Shown here one piece after another: positions 9,999 through 19,105 of a stretch of DNA of 64,000 nt. Position numbers and translations under genes: made by a program. Below the pieces are notes generated by a model. That model did not search any database. It was given only the letters and a program-made list of their open reading frames with translations, and was not told the DNA's origin. Numbering within the stretch: position 1 is the first letter of the stretch; every line of letters begins with the position of its first letter. The stretch spans positions 320,001-384,000 of the forward strand of contig JBDHAB010000001.1 in NCBI GenBank assembly GCA_039588295.1. Reading direction: 5' to 3'. The DNA is from Gemmatimonadota bacterium. Its GTDB lineage: Bacteria > Gemmatimonadota > Gemmatimonadetes > Gemmatimonadales > GWC2-71-9.

Positions 9999-12098
9999 GT
10001 GAAGGTCTATACAGGAGATAAGATCCGAAACGTGGCGGTCGTCGGCCACGGCGCGAGCGGCAAAACCAGTCTAGTAGATGCGCTTGCGTTCGTGGCCGGC
10101 AGCAGTTCGCGACATGGGTCGGTACAGCAGGGAACCGCTCTCACCGATTACACCCCCGACGAAATCGAGCGACAGTACTCCATCAACCTCGCTCTCGCAT
10201 ACGCCGAGTGGAACGGCGTCAAGATCAATCTGATCGACACCCCTGGCTACCTCGACTTCATTGGCGATACGATGGCCGGCGTTTCGGCGTCGGACACGAC
10301 GCTCGTCGTGGTAAGCGCCACCGCCGGGGTCGAGGTGGGGACGGAGAAGGCTTGGGAGTACGCGTCGGAGCGTGGTGTGCCGCGGATGTTCTTCCTGTCC
10401 CTGTTGGACAAGGAGAACGCCAACTTCGAGAAGGTCTATCAGGATATCCGGGAGCATCTGACGCCGAAGGTGGTGCCCATTGAGATCCCGGTCGGGGAGG
10501 GCCCGAGCTTCCACGGGATCATCAATCTGTTTTCGAAGAAGTGCCACATGTACAAGAAGGGCACCAAGACCGGCGAGTACGACGAGGCCGAGATCCCCGA
10601 CGAGTATCAAGAGCGGTTCGCGAGGTACTCACAGGAGCTGATCGAGACGATCGCGACTACCGACGACACCCTGCTCGAGCGGTATCTGGGGGGTGAGGAG
10701 ATCAGCCGCGAAGAGGCGATCACGGCGATGAAGGTAGGCGTGGCTCGAGGTGAGATCTGCCCCCTGCTCTGCGGTTCGGCGCATCTCACCTATGGGACGC
10801 GAGCGCTACTCTCGAAACTGAGCGAGTTGGTGCCGGCACCCACGGAGCGTCCGGCGCCTGTTGCCGAAACTTGGGGCGACCCGACCCCGGTCGAACTCAA
10901 GGGGTCGGACGAAGCGCCCTTCGTCGCGCAGATCTTCAAGACCGTCTCCGAGCCGCACGTCGGTGACGTGACGTTCTTCCGCATCTACTCCGGCAGCGTG
11001 AGAAACGGCGCGGAGGTCTACAACGCACCGCGGTCGTCCGTGGAAAAACTCAACCACTTATCGACCGCCCAGGGGAAGGACCGCACCGAGGTCCCGATGC
11101 TGCATGTCGGCGACATCGGAGCCGTGGCAAAGCTGAAGGACACGCATACCAACGATACACTCTCCACCCAAGCGTGCCCGGTCGTCCTGCCGAAGATACC
11201 GTTCCCCGAGCCGCTCACGGTCCTCTCGGTCGAGGTCAAGCAGCGGGGCGAGGAGGACAAGCTCTCAACCGGGTTACAGAGGCTGCACGAGGAAGATCCC
11301 ACGTTCCATCATGAGTACAATGCCGAACTGCGCCAAACACTCCTCGGGGGCCGCGGTGAGCGGCATCTCGAGATCGTGATCGGTCGGCTGGAACGGAAGT
11401 TCGGTGTCCATGCGGAGCTTGGGCGTCCTCGGGTTGCGTATCGCGAGACGTTCAAGGGGAAGGCAGAGGGCCAAGGACGACACAGGAAGCAGACCGGCGG
11501 TCGCGGGCAGTTTGGAGACTGCTGGATCCGTATCCAGAGCCTGCCTCGTGGGAGTGGATACGAGTTCGTGGATCGGATCAAGGGTGGGGTGATTCCGAGC
11601 AAGTACATCCCAGCCGTGGACAAGGGTATCCGGGAAGCGGCGGCGCGCGGCGTCACCGCCGGATATCCGGTCGTCGATTTCAAGGTGGAGTGCTATGACG
11701 GGTCGTACCACGACGTCGACAGCAGCGAGCAAGCGTTCAAGATGGCCGGCATTCTGGCGTTCCGAAATGTCGCGACGAAAGCCAAGCCGATCCTCTTGGA
11801 GCCGATTCTCGAGGTCGACATCTGGACCCCGGAAGACAACCTTGGTGAGGTGATGGGCGATCTTTCCGCCCATCGCGGTCAGATTTTGGGTAGTGAGCCC
11901 GACGGTCGACTAACCAAGGTGCGGGCGCAGGTGCCGGAGGCGGAGATGTATCGCTACTCGACGCAGCTCCACTCGATGACCCATGGGCGGGGGACCTTCC
12001 GGTGGGCCTTTTCGAGCTATCAGCAGGTGCCACCGGAAATCGCGGAGAAGCTTCGCGAGGAACGAGCGAAAGAGCTCGAAAAGGAGAACGCGCGGTAG
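9999..12098 (+). CDS. fusA: Elongation factor G paralogue (EF-G II type)
   Basis: Full five-domain EF-G layout (AYRET, KQTGGRGQFG, DGSYHDVDSS) with divergent G motifs. GGGAGG SD before GTG 9999; not in an rpsL-rpsG context. Confidence 0.9.
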   Translation: MKVYTGDKIRNVAVVGHGASGKTSLVDALAFVAGSSSRHGSVQQGTALTDYTPDEIERQYSINLALAYAEWNGVKINLIDTPGYLDFIGDTMAGVSASDTTLVVVSATAGVEVGTEKAWEYASERGVPRMFFLSLLDKENANFEKVYQDIREHLTPKVVPIEIPVGEGPSFHGIINLFSKKCHMYKKGTKTGEYDEAEIPDEYQERFARYSQELIETIATTDDTLLERYLGGEEISREEAITAMKVGVARGEICPLLCGSAHLTYGTRALLSKLSELVPAPTERPAPVAETWGDPTPVELKGSDEAPFVAQIFKTVSEPHVGDVTFFRIYSGSVRNGAEVYNAPRSSVEKLNHLSTAQGKDRTEVPMLHVGDIGAVAKLKDTHTNDTLSTQACPVVLPKIPFPEPLTVLSVEVKQRGEEDKLSTGLQRLHEEDPTFHHEYNAELRQTLLGGRGERHLEIVIGRLERKFGVHAELGRPRVAYRETFKGKAEGQGRHRKQTGGRGQFGDCWIRIQSLPRGSGYEFVDRIKGGVIPSKYIPAVDKGIREAAARGVTAGYPVVDFKVECYDGSYHDVDSSEQAFKMAGILAFRNVATKAKPILLEPILEVDIWTPEDNLGEVMGDLSAHRGQILGSEPDGRLTKVRAQVPEAEMYRYSTQLHSMTHGRGTFRWAFSSYQQVPPEIAEKLREERAKELEKENAR

Positions 12099-12130
12099 CC
12101 GGATGCGGGGCCGGCCGGTCGTCGTCGGCC

Positions 12131-13327
12131 CTAGGTCCGCTTCTTCTTCGTCTTGCGCCCGCCGTTTCGCAAAGAGGGACGAGCGCTCTTCGCACTCACG
12201 GTTCGGCCTTGATCGAACAGCGGGAGCACCGCGTACTCGGGTTCGGCGATTCCCGCTGCCACCATCACCTCCTGCGGCGTCTGTGGGTAGACGAATCGGC
12301 CACCGCGGTAGTTGCGGAGCACGACCTCCGTGTCCGAGATGCTTTCGACGTACTCCGGCAGCAGGGGGATCTTGCCGCCACCGCCCGGTGCATCAATCAC
12401 GAAGTGCGGTACTGCGAGGCCGCTCGTCCATCCGCGTAGCTCGCCCAGGATCTCCAGGCCCTTCTCTACGGTCGCCTTGAAGTGCTCAATCCCGGCGACA
12501 TTGTCGCACATGAAGATGTAGTAGGGGCGAACCCGTGCAACGAGCAGCCCCTGCAAGAGTTCCTTCATCACTGTGGTGTCGTCGTTCACGCCCTTCAGAA
12601 GGACAGTCTGACAACCCAGCGGAATCCCGGCATCGGCGAGCATTCCGAGTCGCTTGACCGCTTCGGGGGTGAGTTCCGCTGGATGATTGAAGTGCGTATT
12701 GATGTAGAGCGGGTGATGTTTCTTCAGCACCTTGCACAGCTCTGGAGTGATCCGTTCCGGCAGGTGGCACGGAATGCGACTTCCAATCCGGATGATGTCC
12801 AGGTGTTTGATTTTCCGCAGTCGCCCGAGGATCAAATCGAGGCGACGATCGGAGAGCAAGAGGGGATCGCCGCCCGACAGGATCACATCACGGATTTCCC
12901 GGTGCTCCTCCAGGTATTGGAACCCACTCTCCAACTGAGCGATAGGGATCTTTTCGGGATCTCCGACCTTGCGCCGGCGTGTGCAGAAGCGGCAGTAGGC
13001 GGCGCAGACGGGGCTCACGAGGAAGAGCGCACGGTCGGGATACCGGTGCGTGATGTTGGGAACCGGGCTGTCACCTTCTTCGTTGAGGCTGTCAAGCACG
13101 CCGTCGACGACCTCTAGCTCTTGGAGGTCGGGAATGTACTGCCTCCAGATCGGGTCGTCGGGTTCCTGGATCAGGTCGACCATGGCCGGGGAAATACGGA
13201 ATTCGAAGGTGTCTGCGGCCTCCTGCAGTCGATCGAGCTCCGGGAAGTGCTCGGCACCGAACTTGTCAACAAGCTGTTGCAGAGTTCGGATGCTGCGCTT
13301 GTGGAGGAGCTTCTGCCAATCAGCCAT
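12131..13327 (-). CDS. kamA: KamA-family radical SAM lysine 2,3-aminomutase
   Basis: THRYPDR, CAAYCRFCTRRR, LSGGDPL, THFNHP, QTVLLKGVND, DAPGGGGKIP (PLP lysine). Confidence 0.9.
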   Translation of the reverse strand: MADWQKLLHKRSIRTLQQLVDKFGAEHFPELDRLQEAADTFEFRISPAMVDLIQEPDDPIWRQYIPDLQELEVVDGVLDSLNEEGDSPVPNITHRYPDRALFLVSPVCAAYCRFCTRRRKVGDPEKIPIAQLESGFQYLEEHREIRDVILSGGDPLLLSDRRLDLILGRLRKIKHLDIIRIGSRIPCHLPERITPELCKVLKKHHPLYINTHFNHPAELTPEAVKRLGMLADAGIPLGCQTVLLKGVNDDTTVMKELLQGLLVARVRPYYIFMCDNVAGIEHFKATVEKGLEILGELRGWTSGLAVPHFVIDAPGGGGKIPLLPEYVESISDTEVVLRNYRGGRFVYPQTPQEVMVAAGIAEPEYAVLPLFDQGRTVSAKSARPSLRNGGRKTKKKRT

Positions 13328-13841
13328 AGTGTGCCGTCTCGGTTGCGGGAGGACTGAGATGCTTGGTGTAGACGATCAGATCGTCACCCGGCGCGTAGTA
13401 TCCGGAAATCCGCGCCGCCTGATCGTAGCTGAGTGACTCGTAGAACCGACGGGTTGGCGTGTAGTCGTCACGCGACGATGTCTGAACCACGATGAGTTGC
13501 CCGTTCCGCTCCTGCATGCTCTCTTCCGCAGCGGCCATGAGATGTCGGCCTACGCCCTGCCGGTGCGCGGAAGGATCGACGATAATCCAGTACAGGTCCC
13601 ACGTGGCCGTCGTGCACGGCGTCGGGCCGTACAACGTGAATCCGATTAGTGTCTCATCGTCGAATGCGCAGAGCCCGTGGTAGTCGCCCCCTGGTTGGGC
13701 AACGGCTTCATCGAAGACCTCCAAGGCCACGGTCACCTCGTCAGATCGGAACACACCGGTCGCCTCGACCATCTCGGCAACACGGTCGTGGTCCGACGCA
13801 CGCGGCGGGCCGAGCGTGACCAGGGTGTTCGACATACTCAT
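13320..13841 (-). CDS. GNAT N-acetyltransferase
   Basis: WDLYWIIV, HRQGVGRHL acetyl-CoA motif, FYESLSY. ATGA overlap with upstream ATP-grasp gene. Confidence 0.85.
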   Translation of the reverse strand: MSMSNTLVTLGPPRASDHDRVAEMVEATGVFRSDEVTVALEVFDEAVAQPGGDYHGLCAFDDETLIGFTLYGPTPCTTATWDLYWIIVDPSAHRQGVGRHLMAAAEESMQERNGQLIVVQTSSRDDYTPTRRFYESLSYDQAARISGYYAPGDDLIVYTKHLSPPATETAHYG

Positions 13842-14863
13842 GCGACCGAGGAGGGTTCGGGGGTCGCATCCCACTGCCCGGCGGGCGGCCTCGTACCGGG
13901 TGGCAGTGTTCTCGGATAGTCGACCGCCGCCTGCATGACCTGAAGCACCAGATGCTCGTAGGACCAGCCGAACGCCCCGGCCATGCGAGCGAGTCCCGCG
14001 TCGGTCGACAAGTCAGGGTTGGGGTTGACCTCGAGCACCCACGGCTGGCCGTCGGCATCGACCCTGACATCCACGCGGCCGTACCCCCGCCCTTCCACCG
14101 CGCGCCACGCGTGGGTGGCGACGTCGATCACGCGTGCGGCCAGATCACCATCCAGGGCGGCCGGGCACACCGGCTCGGTCCCGACGTACTCCGGACTCTC
14201 ATCGTGCCACTTCGCGGCGAATGACACGATCGGCCAGGCGTCCTCCGGCATACGCGAGAAGTCGATCTCGGAGAGTGGCAGCGTGTACTCGCCCACGAAC
14301 CCCACGGCGATTTCTCGGCCTGCGACGTATTGCTGGACCAGGACCGGCCCGTGGAGTTCCCGGACCTGCCCCACCCGCTGCCGGAGGGCGTCTTCAGTGG
14401 TCACGACCGAACCTTGGTCGATTCCAATACTGGCGTCCTCGGCTGCGGGCTTCACGATGGCGGGCAAGGCGACGGCCAACTTCGACCCATCTCGCGGCAC
14501 GAGCCAGCGAGGGACCGGGAGTCCCGCCGCTTGAAGCACTGCGTTCAACAGCGGCTTTCGATGGCAGACCGTCATCGTCCACGCCGAACACCCCGTGTAC
14601 GGGATTCCGGCAAGTTCGATTGCCGACGCGACCTTGTACTCCAACTGGCTGACACCCTCGATGCCTTCGCACAGGTTGAACACGAGATCGACGTCGCGCA
14701 CGGCGTCGAACCAGGCCAAGTCCGAGCACACCGCAACCCGCGTGACATCGTGGCCCGCCTGCCGCAGGACCTCGTGCACTCCGCGCACGGATTCCAGCAC
14801 CGCCTGAATGTCCTCGGGACTCCAGGTCTCAGCGCCGCCGTCGTACAACACCGCGACCTTCAG
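13838..14863 (-). CDS. D-Ala-D-Ala ligase-like ATP-grasp enzyme (second copy), probable CTG start
   Basis: VFNLCE, IVKPAAEDASIGI, YGRVDVR, LEVNPNPD. CTG at 14863 overlaps the upstream TGA with GGAG 7 nt before it; alternative GTG start at 14920. Confidence 0.85.
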   Translation of the reverse strand: MKVAVLYDGGAETWSPEDIQAVLESVRGVHEVLRQAGHDVTRVAVCSDLAWFDAVRDVDLVFNLCEGIEGVSQLEYKVASAIELAGIPYTGCSAWTMTVCHRKPLLNAVLQAAGLPVPRWLVPRDGSKLAVALPAIVKPAAEDASIGIDQGSVVTTEDALRQRVGQVRELHGPVLVQQYVAGREIAVGFVGEYTLPLSEIDFSRMPEDAWPIVSFAAKWHDESPEYVGTEPVCPAALDGDLAARVIDVATHAWRAVEGRGYGRVDVRVDADGQPWVLEVNPNPDLSTDAGLARMAGAFGWSYEHLVLQVMQAAVDYPRTLPPGTRPPAGQWDATPEPSSVA

Positions 14864-15942
14864 GGTGTCGCTCCCGCCGTCGGGCTCGGCATCAGCTCCC
14901 TCCGGGTGATGCGTCGCCACGCGATCCGCGTAGCGGTCTGGATCAGCTCGTCGTAGGTCATGCCGACGGCCGCCGCCGCCCGCGGGAAGCAGCTGTTGGC
15001 CATCGGATCCGGAATGATCCCCGGCAAGGGGTTGATTTCGAGGACGTGCGGCGTGCCGTTCCCGTCCAGCCGGAGATCGACCCGAGCCCAGTCACGGCAG
15101 CCGAGCGCGCCGTACGCCGCGAGCGCCGTGCGCCGAACCGCGGCGGCGGTCGCTTCGGTCACGTTCGCGGGACACTCCAGAATGTCGAGTTCGTTGTCGG
15201 GCACGTCCCACTTCCACTTGGCCTCATAGCCCATGATGGGCAATGCGCCGTCCGGGAGTTCGTCGAACCGATATCGGATAATCGGGAGCGCCGCGGCATC
15301 GTCACCGTTGCCGAGGACTGCCACCGTGAACTCCTCGCCCGGCAAGTAGGCTTCGGCGAGGACTGGCTGTCGATAGGTCGCCAGCAGCTGCCGTGCCCGA
15401 TCGATCGCCTCGTCGGGCGTTCGGACGTAGTTGGCCTCCGCTATTCCTTTAGAGGAGCCTTCCCAAGCCGGCTTGAGGAACACCGGATACGGATGGCCGT
15501 TCCGCAGGGCATGCAGGTCAGCCGGCGTCTCGATCCAGAGAAACGGTGGTGTGGGGACGCCGCGCTGCCGGAACACTTCCTTGGCTCGGACCTTGTGCAG
15601 TGCGATCCCGAGCGTGAGCGGGTCGCTCCCGAGGTAGGGGACTCCGACAAACTCGGCAATGGCGGGAACGTGCCCTTCTCGATTTGGACCAGCCAGGCCT
15701 TCAGCCATGTTGAAGAGGAAGTCGACCTTCGCCTCGCGGAGGCGCGTGGGAAAGTCGTCGACCGCCTCGAGGAGGGTTACCTCGCCAAACAGCTGCAACG
15801 CATTGCGGACGGCGTTGACGGTGTCTCGGTCATCCCACTCGACGTATGCGTCAGTAAGCGGCTCGAAGGTGGTGCGACGTTCGCCGTCGTGGTCCACGAC
15901 GACGTCGTCCGGCCGTTGATTGAAAGCGAGTCCGATGCGCAT
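14860..15942 (-). CDS. D-Ala-D-Ala ligase-like ATP-grasp enzyme (first copy)
   Basis: FNMAEG, FLKPAWEGSSKGI, WARVDLR, LEINPLPG; lacks the Ddl GGxSxEH motif. Confidence 0.9.
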   Translation of the reverse strand: MRIGLAFNQRPDDVVVDHDGERRTTFEPLTDAYVEWDDRDTVNAVRNALQLFGEVTLLEAVDDFPTRLREAKVDFLFNMAEGLAGPNREGHVPAIAEFVGVPYLGSDPLTLGIALHKVRAKEVFRQRGVPTPPFLWIETPADLHALRNGHPYPVFLKPAWEGSSKGIAEANYVRTPDEAIDRARQLLATYRQPVLAEAYLPGEEFTVAVLGNGDDAAALPIIRYRFDELPDGALPIMGYEAKWKWDVPDNELDILECPANVTEATAAAVRRTALAAYGALGCRDWARVDLRLDGNGTPHVLEINPLPGIIPDPMANSCFPRAAAAVGMTYDELIQTATRIAWRRITRRELMPSPTAGATP

Positions 15943-15959
15943 TCAACTCCAAGTACTTC

Positions 15960-16025
15960 ATTGTGTTGCGCAACACGATAAGGAATGCTTGGAAGATTCG
16001 CAATAGTTTTTTGGCGACTTTTTTT
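15960..16025 (-). promoter_or_regulatory. sigma70-type promoter with upstream A-tracts and palindromic operator for the ATP-grasp/GNAT/KamA operon
   Basis: Minus strand TTGCGA (16003-15998), 17 nt, TATCGT (15980-15975); two A6-7 tracts upstream; perfect palindrome GTGTTGCGCAACAC at 15963-15976. Confidence 0.7.
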
Positions 16026-16112
16026 CGAGGCGGCCGCGCCGCGCGGCTCGGGCGTGCCGCGTGAGTGCGTTTGAAAGGTCGAGCGGAAGGCGATGACGGA
16101 GTTCGGGGGAGC

Positions 16113-16610
16113 CTACTCGAGTCGTGCGCGCCTGAGGTAGAGGCGGAAGCTGTACGCAAACCCGTGGCGCTTGTCAGCCGAGTGCCATGCGTCCTCTTCC
16201 AGGTGCCACTCCTCTGTGTCGAACTCGGGAAAGAAGGTGTCTCCGTCCACGACGGCGTGTACGACCGTGAGGTATATCCGGTGGGCACGGTCGAGTGCCG
16301 CGCGGTAGATCTCTTCCCCACCGACCACGAACACCTCCCGATCCCCTTCAGCACGGCCGAGAGCTTCATCGAGGCTGTGGACGATTTCGATGCCGGGCCT
16401 GCGGTACGTCTGGTCACGCGTGAGCACGATGTTCAGCCGTTGGGGGAGCGGCCTCTCCAAGGTCTCGAAGGTGCGGCGACCCATGATCACGGCGTGGCCG
16501 ATCGTGAGCGCCTTGAAGCGGCGCATATCTCTAGGCAGCCGCCACGGGAGCGCACCTTGGCGACCGATCACTCGGTTCTCCGCCATGGCGGCGATCAGCG
16601 AGATGATCAG
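16113..16610 (-). CDS. folA: Dihydrofolate reductase, probable CTG start
   Basis: (L)[51 protein letters not shown] 16610 overlaps the thyA TGA. Confidence 0.95.
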   Translation of the reverse strand: MIISLIAAMAENRVIGRQGALPWRLPRDMRRFKALTIGHAVIMGRRTFETLERPLPQRLNIVLTRDQTYRRPGIEIVHSLDEALGRAEGDREVFVVGGEEIYRAALDRAHRIYLTVVHAVVDGDTFFPEFDTEEWHLEEDAWHSADKRHGFAYSFRLYLRRARLE

Positions 16611-17401
16611 ACGGCCACCGGAGCTGCGATCCGTGGATGGGGGTCGTAGCCTTCGAGTGTGAAGTCCCGATAGGCGAAATCGAACAGAGACCCGATCTCG
16701 GGGTTGAGCTTCATTCGGGGGAGGTCGCGCGGCTCTCGGCCCAGCTGGAGGCGCGCCTGCGCGAGGTGGTTGGTGTACAAATGGGCGTCTCCCAAGGTGA
16801 GAACGAACTCACCTGAGTGGAGTCCGCAGACCTGTGCCACCATCAGCGTGAGGAGGGCATAGGACGCAATGTTGAACGGCACGCCGAGGAAGACATCAGC
16901 ACTTCGTTGGTAGAGTTGACATGAGAGCCGGCCGTCCGCGACGTAGAACTGAAACAGCACGTGGCACGGCGGGAGGGCCATCGCCGGTAACTCGGCGACA
17001 TTCCAGGCGCTGACCATGAGCCGCCTCGAATCAGGGTCCGTGCGTATCGACTCGATGACCCGTGCCAGCTGATCCACTCGCTTACCATTCGGCGTGGGCC
17101 ACGACCGCCACTGCGCGCCGTAGATGGGTCCGAGGTCCCCGTTCTGGTCGGCCCACTCGTCCCAGATGGTCACACCGTGGTCACGCAGGTAGCGCACATT
17201 GGTGTCGCCGTGGATGAACCAGAGCAGCTCATGAATGATGGATTTGAGATGGACCTTCTTCGTGGTGACCAGCGGGAACCCGGCCGCCAAGTCGAACCGC
17301 ATCTGATACCCGAAGATGCTGAGGGTACCCGTACCCGTGCGGTCCTGTTTCGGACGGCCATGCTCGAGAAGGTGCTCTAACAGATCGAGATACTGTCTCA
17401 T
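16607..17401 (-). CDS. thyA: Thymidylate synthase
   Basis: [45 protein letters not shown]. Confidence 0.97.
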   Translation of the reverse strand: MRQYLDLLEHLLEHGRPKQDRTGTGTLSIFGYQMRFDLAAGFPLVTTKKVHLKSIIHELLWFIHGDTNVRYLRDHGVTIWDEWADQNGDLGPIYGAQWRSWPTPNGKRVDQLARVIESIRTDPDSRRLMVSAWNVAELPAMALPPCHVLFQFYVADGRLSCQLYQRSADVFLGVPFNIASYALLTLMVAQVCGLHSGEFVLTLGDAHLYTNHLAQARLQLGREPRDLPRMKLNPEIGSLFDFAYRDFTLEGYDPHPRIAAPVAV

Positions 17402-17525
17402 TGCGAAGCGAGGAAGCCCGGTTGCGAAGGAGGGCCGTTGGCGGTCGAGATGCTCACCCAAGGGAATTAGTGCATGGGCTGGTGCCTGGCAACTCCCGTT
17501 CGCCGGTTGCGGGCCTCCCGTGGGT

Positions 17526-18611
17526 TCACATGCTGACCGGTGTCGGCGATTCGAGGGCCGGCTTGGACCACTGGCCTCCGGCCAGCCGCCGGAAGTACCA
17601 CCGGACCAGCTGATTGCTCGGTGCCACGAGCCGTGTGGTGAGGAGCGTCCGTGCGACTTCCCCCCGAGTGATCTTGACCTTGTGTGTCGGGTCGAGCAGG
17701 CGGTCGTCTCGCTCGGCTAGCCGGAGGGTTCGTGCGGCGAAGTAGAGTGAGGTCAAGCAGAACAGCCGCACTCGGTACTGGGAATGTCCCAACGTCGTTG
17801 AGTATTCGAGCGCGTCCAGCAGGTAACCCTTGGCCTTCTCGATCAACAGGTGCATGACCTGCCGTGCAGACTCGTGGTGCCGAGCGTCGTGGAGGGTCTC
17901 GGGTGTCACGCCGGCCAGTTGACAGAGTTCCTGCGGCACGAAGCTCCACCCCCGGCTCCGATCGTCCGCGACGTCCTTGATGATGTTCGTGAGTTGAAGC
18001 CCCAACCCGAAGCTCGTCGCCAGCGATTTGAGCTTGACGTGCCGTGCCCGATTGCCGGCTCCGGCGTGCAAGTGGAACAACTCGGTCAACAGGTGTCCCA
18101 CGGTGCCCGCCACGAAGTAGCAATAGCGATCGAGTTCCGCGACGGTCGCAAGTGCCTCGAGGTGCTCGCCGTCCGACGCCTTTGTGCGGAGAGCGAACTC
18201 GGCCATCCCCGCGCACATCTCTTGGACGTGTGGACGGACTGCGCCCTGCTGCGACTCCGAAAGGCGGCGGAACTCTCGCAGCACCGCGTCGGCGTCGCGT
18301 GCCAAGATCTCCTCATCGGTCGCCGCCTCCGCGAAGGCCGCACGGAGACGATCTGCTCGGAGATCACCCGGGCCGAGACAGCGGCTGAAGGCTTCCAGCA
18401 GGCGCGACTTCTCCAGGGGGTCGAGGCGGATGCTGTCCTCGATCGTATCAGCAACTCGACAAAGGAGGTACGCGACCAAGACAGCGTGGTCCAGCCGAGA
18501 CGGCAGCAAACGGATGCAGATCGCAAAGGTGCGGGAGACCTTTGGCAGCATGTCGATGCAGAAGGCGCGGTCGTCCGCCTCCGAGCCGAGCTGGCCGGGT
18601 GGCTGCATCAC
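17526..18611 (-). CDS. Squalene/phytoene synthase family (head-to-head isoprenyl synthase)
   Basis: [44 protein letters not shown]. Confidence 0.85.
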   Translation of the reverse strand: MMQPPGQLGSEADDRAFCIDMLPKVSRTFAICIRLLPSRLDHAVLVAYLLCRVADTIEDSIRLDPLEKSRLLEAFSRCLGPGDLRADRLRAAFAEAATDEEILARDADAVLREFRRLSESQQGAVRPHVQEMCAGMAEFALRTKASDGEHLEALATVAELDRYCYFVAGTVGHLLTELFHLHAGAGNRARHVKLKSLATSFGLGLQLTNIIKDVADDRSRGWSFVPQELCQLAGVTPETLHDARHHESARQVMHLLIEKAKGYLLDALEYSTTLGHSQYRVRLFCLTSLYFAARTLRLAERDDRLLDPTHKVKITRGEVARTLLTTRLVAPSNQLVRWYFRRLAGGQWSKPALESPTPVSM

Positions 18612-19090
18612 GGCAGGCGCCCCGCAACCCTGCCCGAAACGGCAGAGCGGATCCGTTGGAGCAGCGTATCGCCGGGATGTCCTGGTGGGACCATCATCTC
18701 GTTTTCACGACGTGGCAACGACGGATCGAGTGCTCTGACGACGACCGCTTCTGACACCAACCGGGTTTCCCCACGTCCGAGAGGATCCGCGAAGAACCGC
18801 AATAGCACGACCCTCTGAATGTCGCCCGCACTGGGGCTCACGGTCTGGCGCGAGTCCACGTTATACCATTCCGTTTCGAGATACCCCTCGCTCGGGCTCA
18901 CCAAGCGAATGCCCAATCCTTCTGCCGTCACCAAAGCTGCGAGTTCGCCGATGAGGTCCTGAGCCTCAGTGTCCACGGTGTCGACCGGCGCCTCGGGAAG
19001 CGGTGTGAGGTAGGGCCGAGCGTTGACGGCACCGCAGCCGATCGCAACCAGAGTCAGCGCTGCCGCAGCAAGGGTGAGATGTCCTCTCAT
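18608..19090 (-). CDS. Hypothetical lipoprotein
   Basis: Signal peptide with AIGC lipobox; GYLETEW motif; GTGA overlap with the next gene. Start 19090 or 19096. Confidence 0.65.
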   Translation of the reverse strand: MRGHLTLAAAALTLVAIGCGAVNARPYLTPLPEAPVDTVDTEAQDLIGELAALVTAEGLGIRLVSPSEGYLETEWYNVDSRQTVSPSAGDIQRVVLLRFFADPLGRGETRLVSEAVVVRALDPSLPRRENEMMVPPGHPGDTLLQRIRSAVSGRVAGRLP

Positions 19091-19105
19091 GCTCACCGAC
19101 GGACC

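Noticed and set aside
12098..12131. Idea that the KamA operon beta-lysylates the adjacent EF-G, by analogy with EF-P
   Set aside because: The genes are convergent and there is no EpmA-like ligase; adjacency alone is not evidence.
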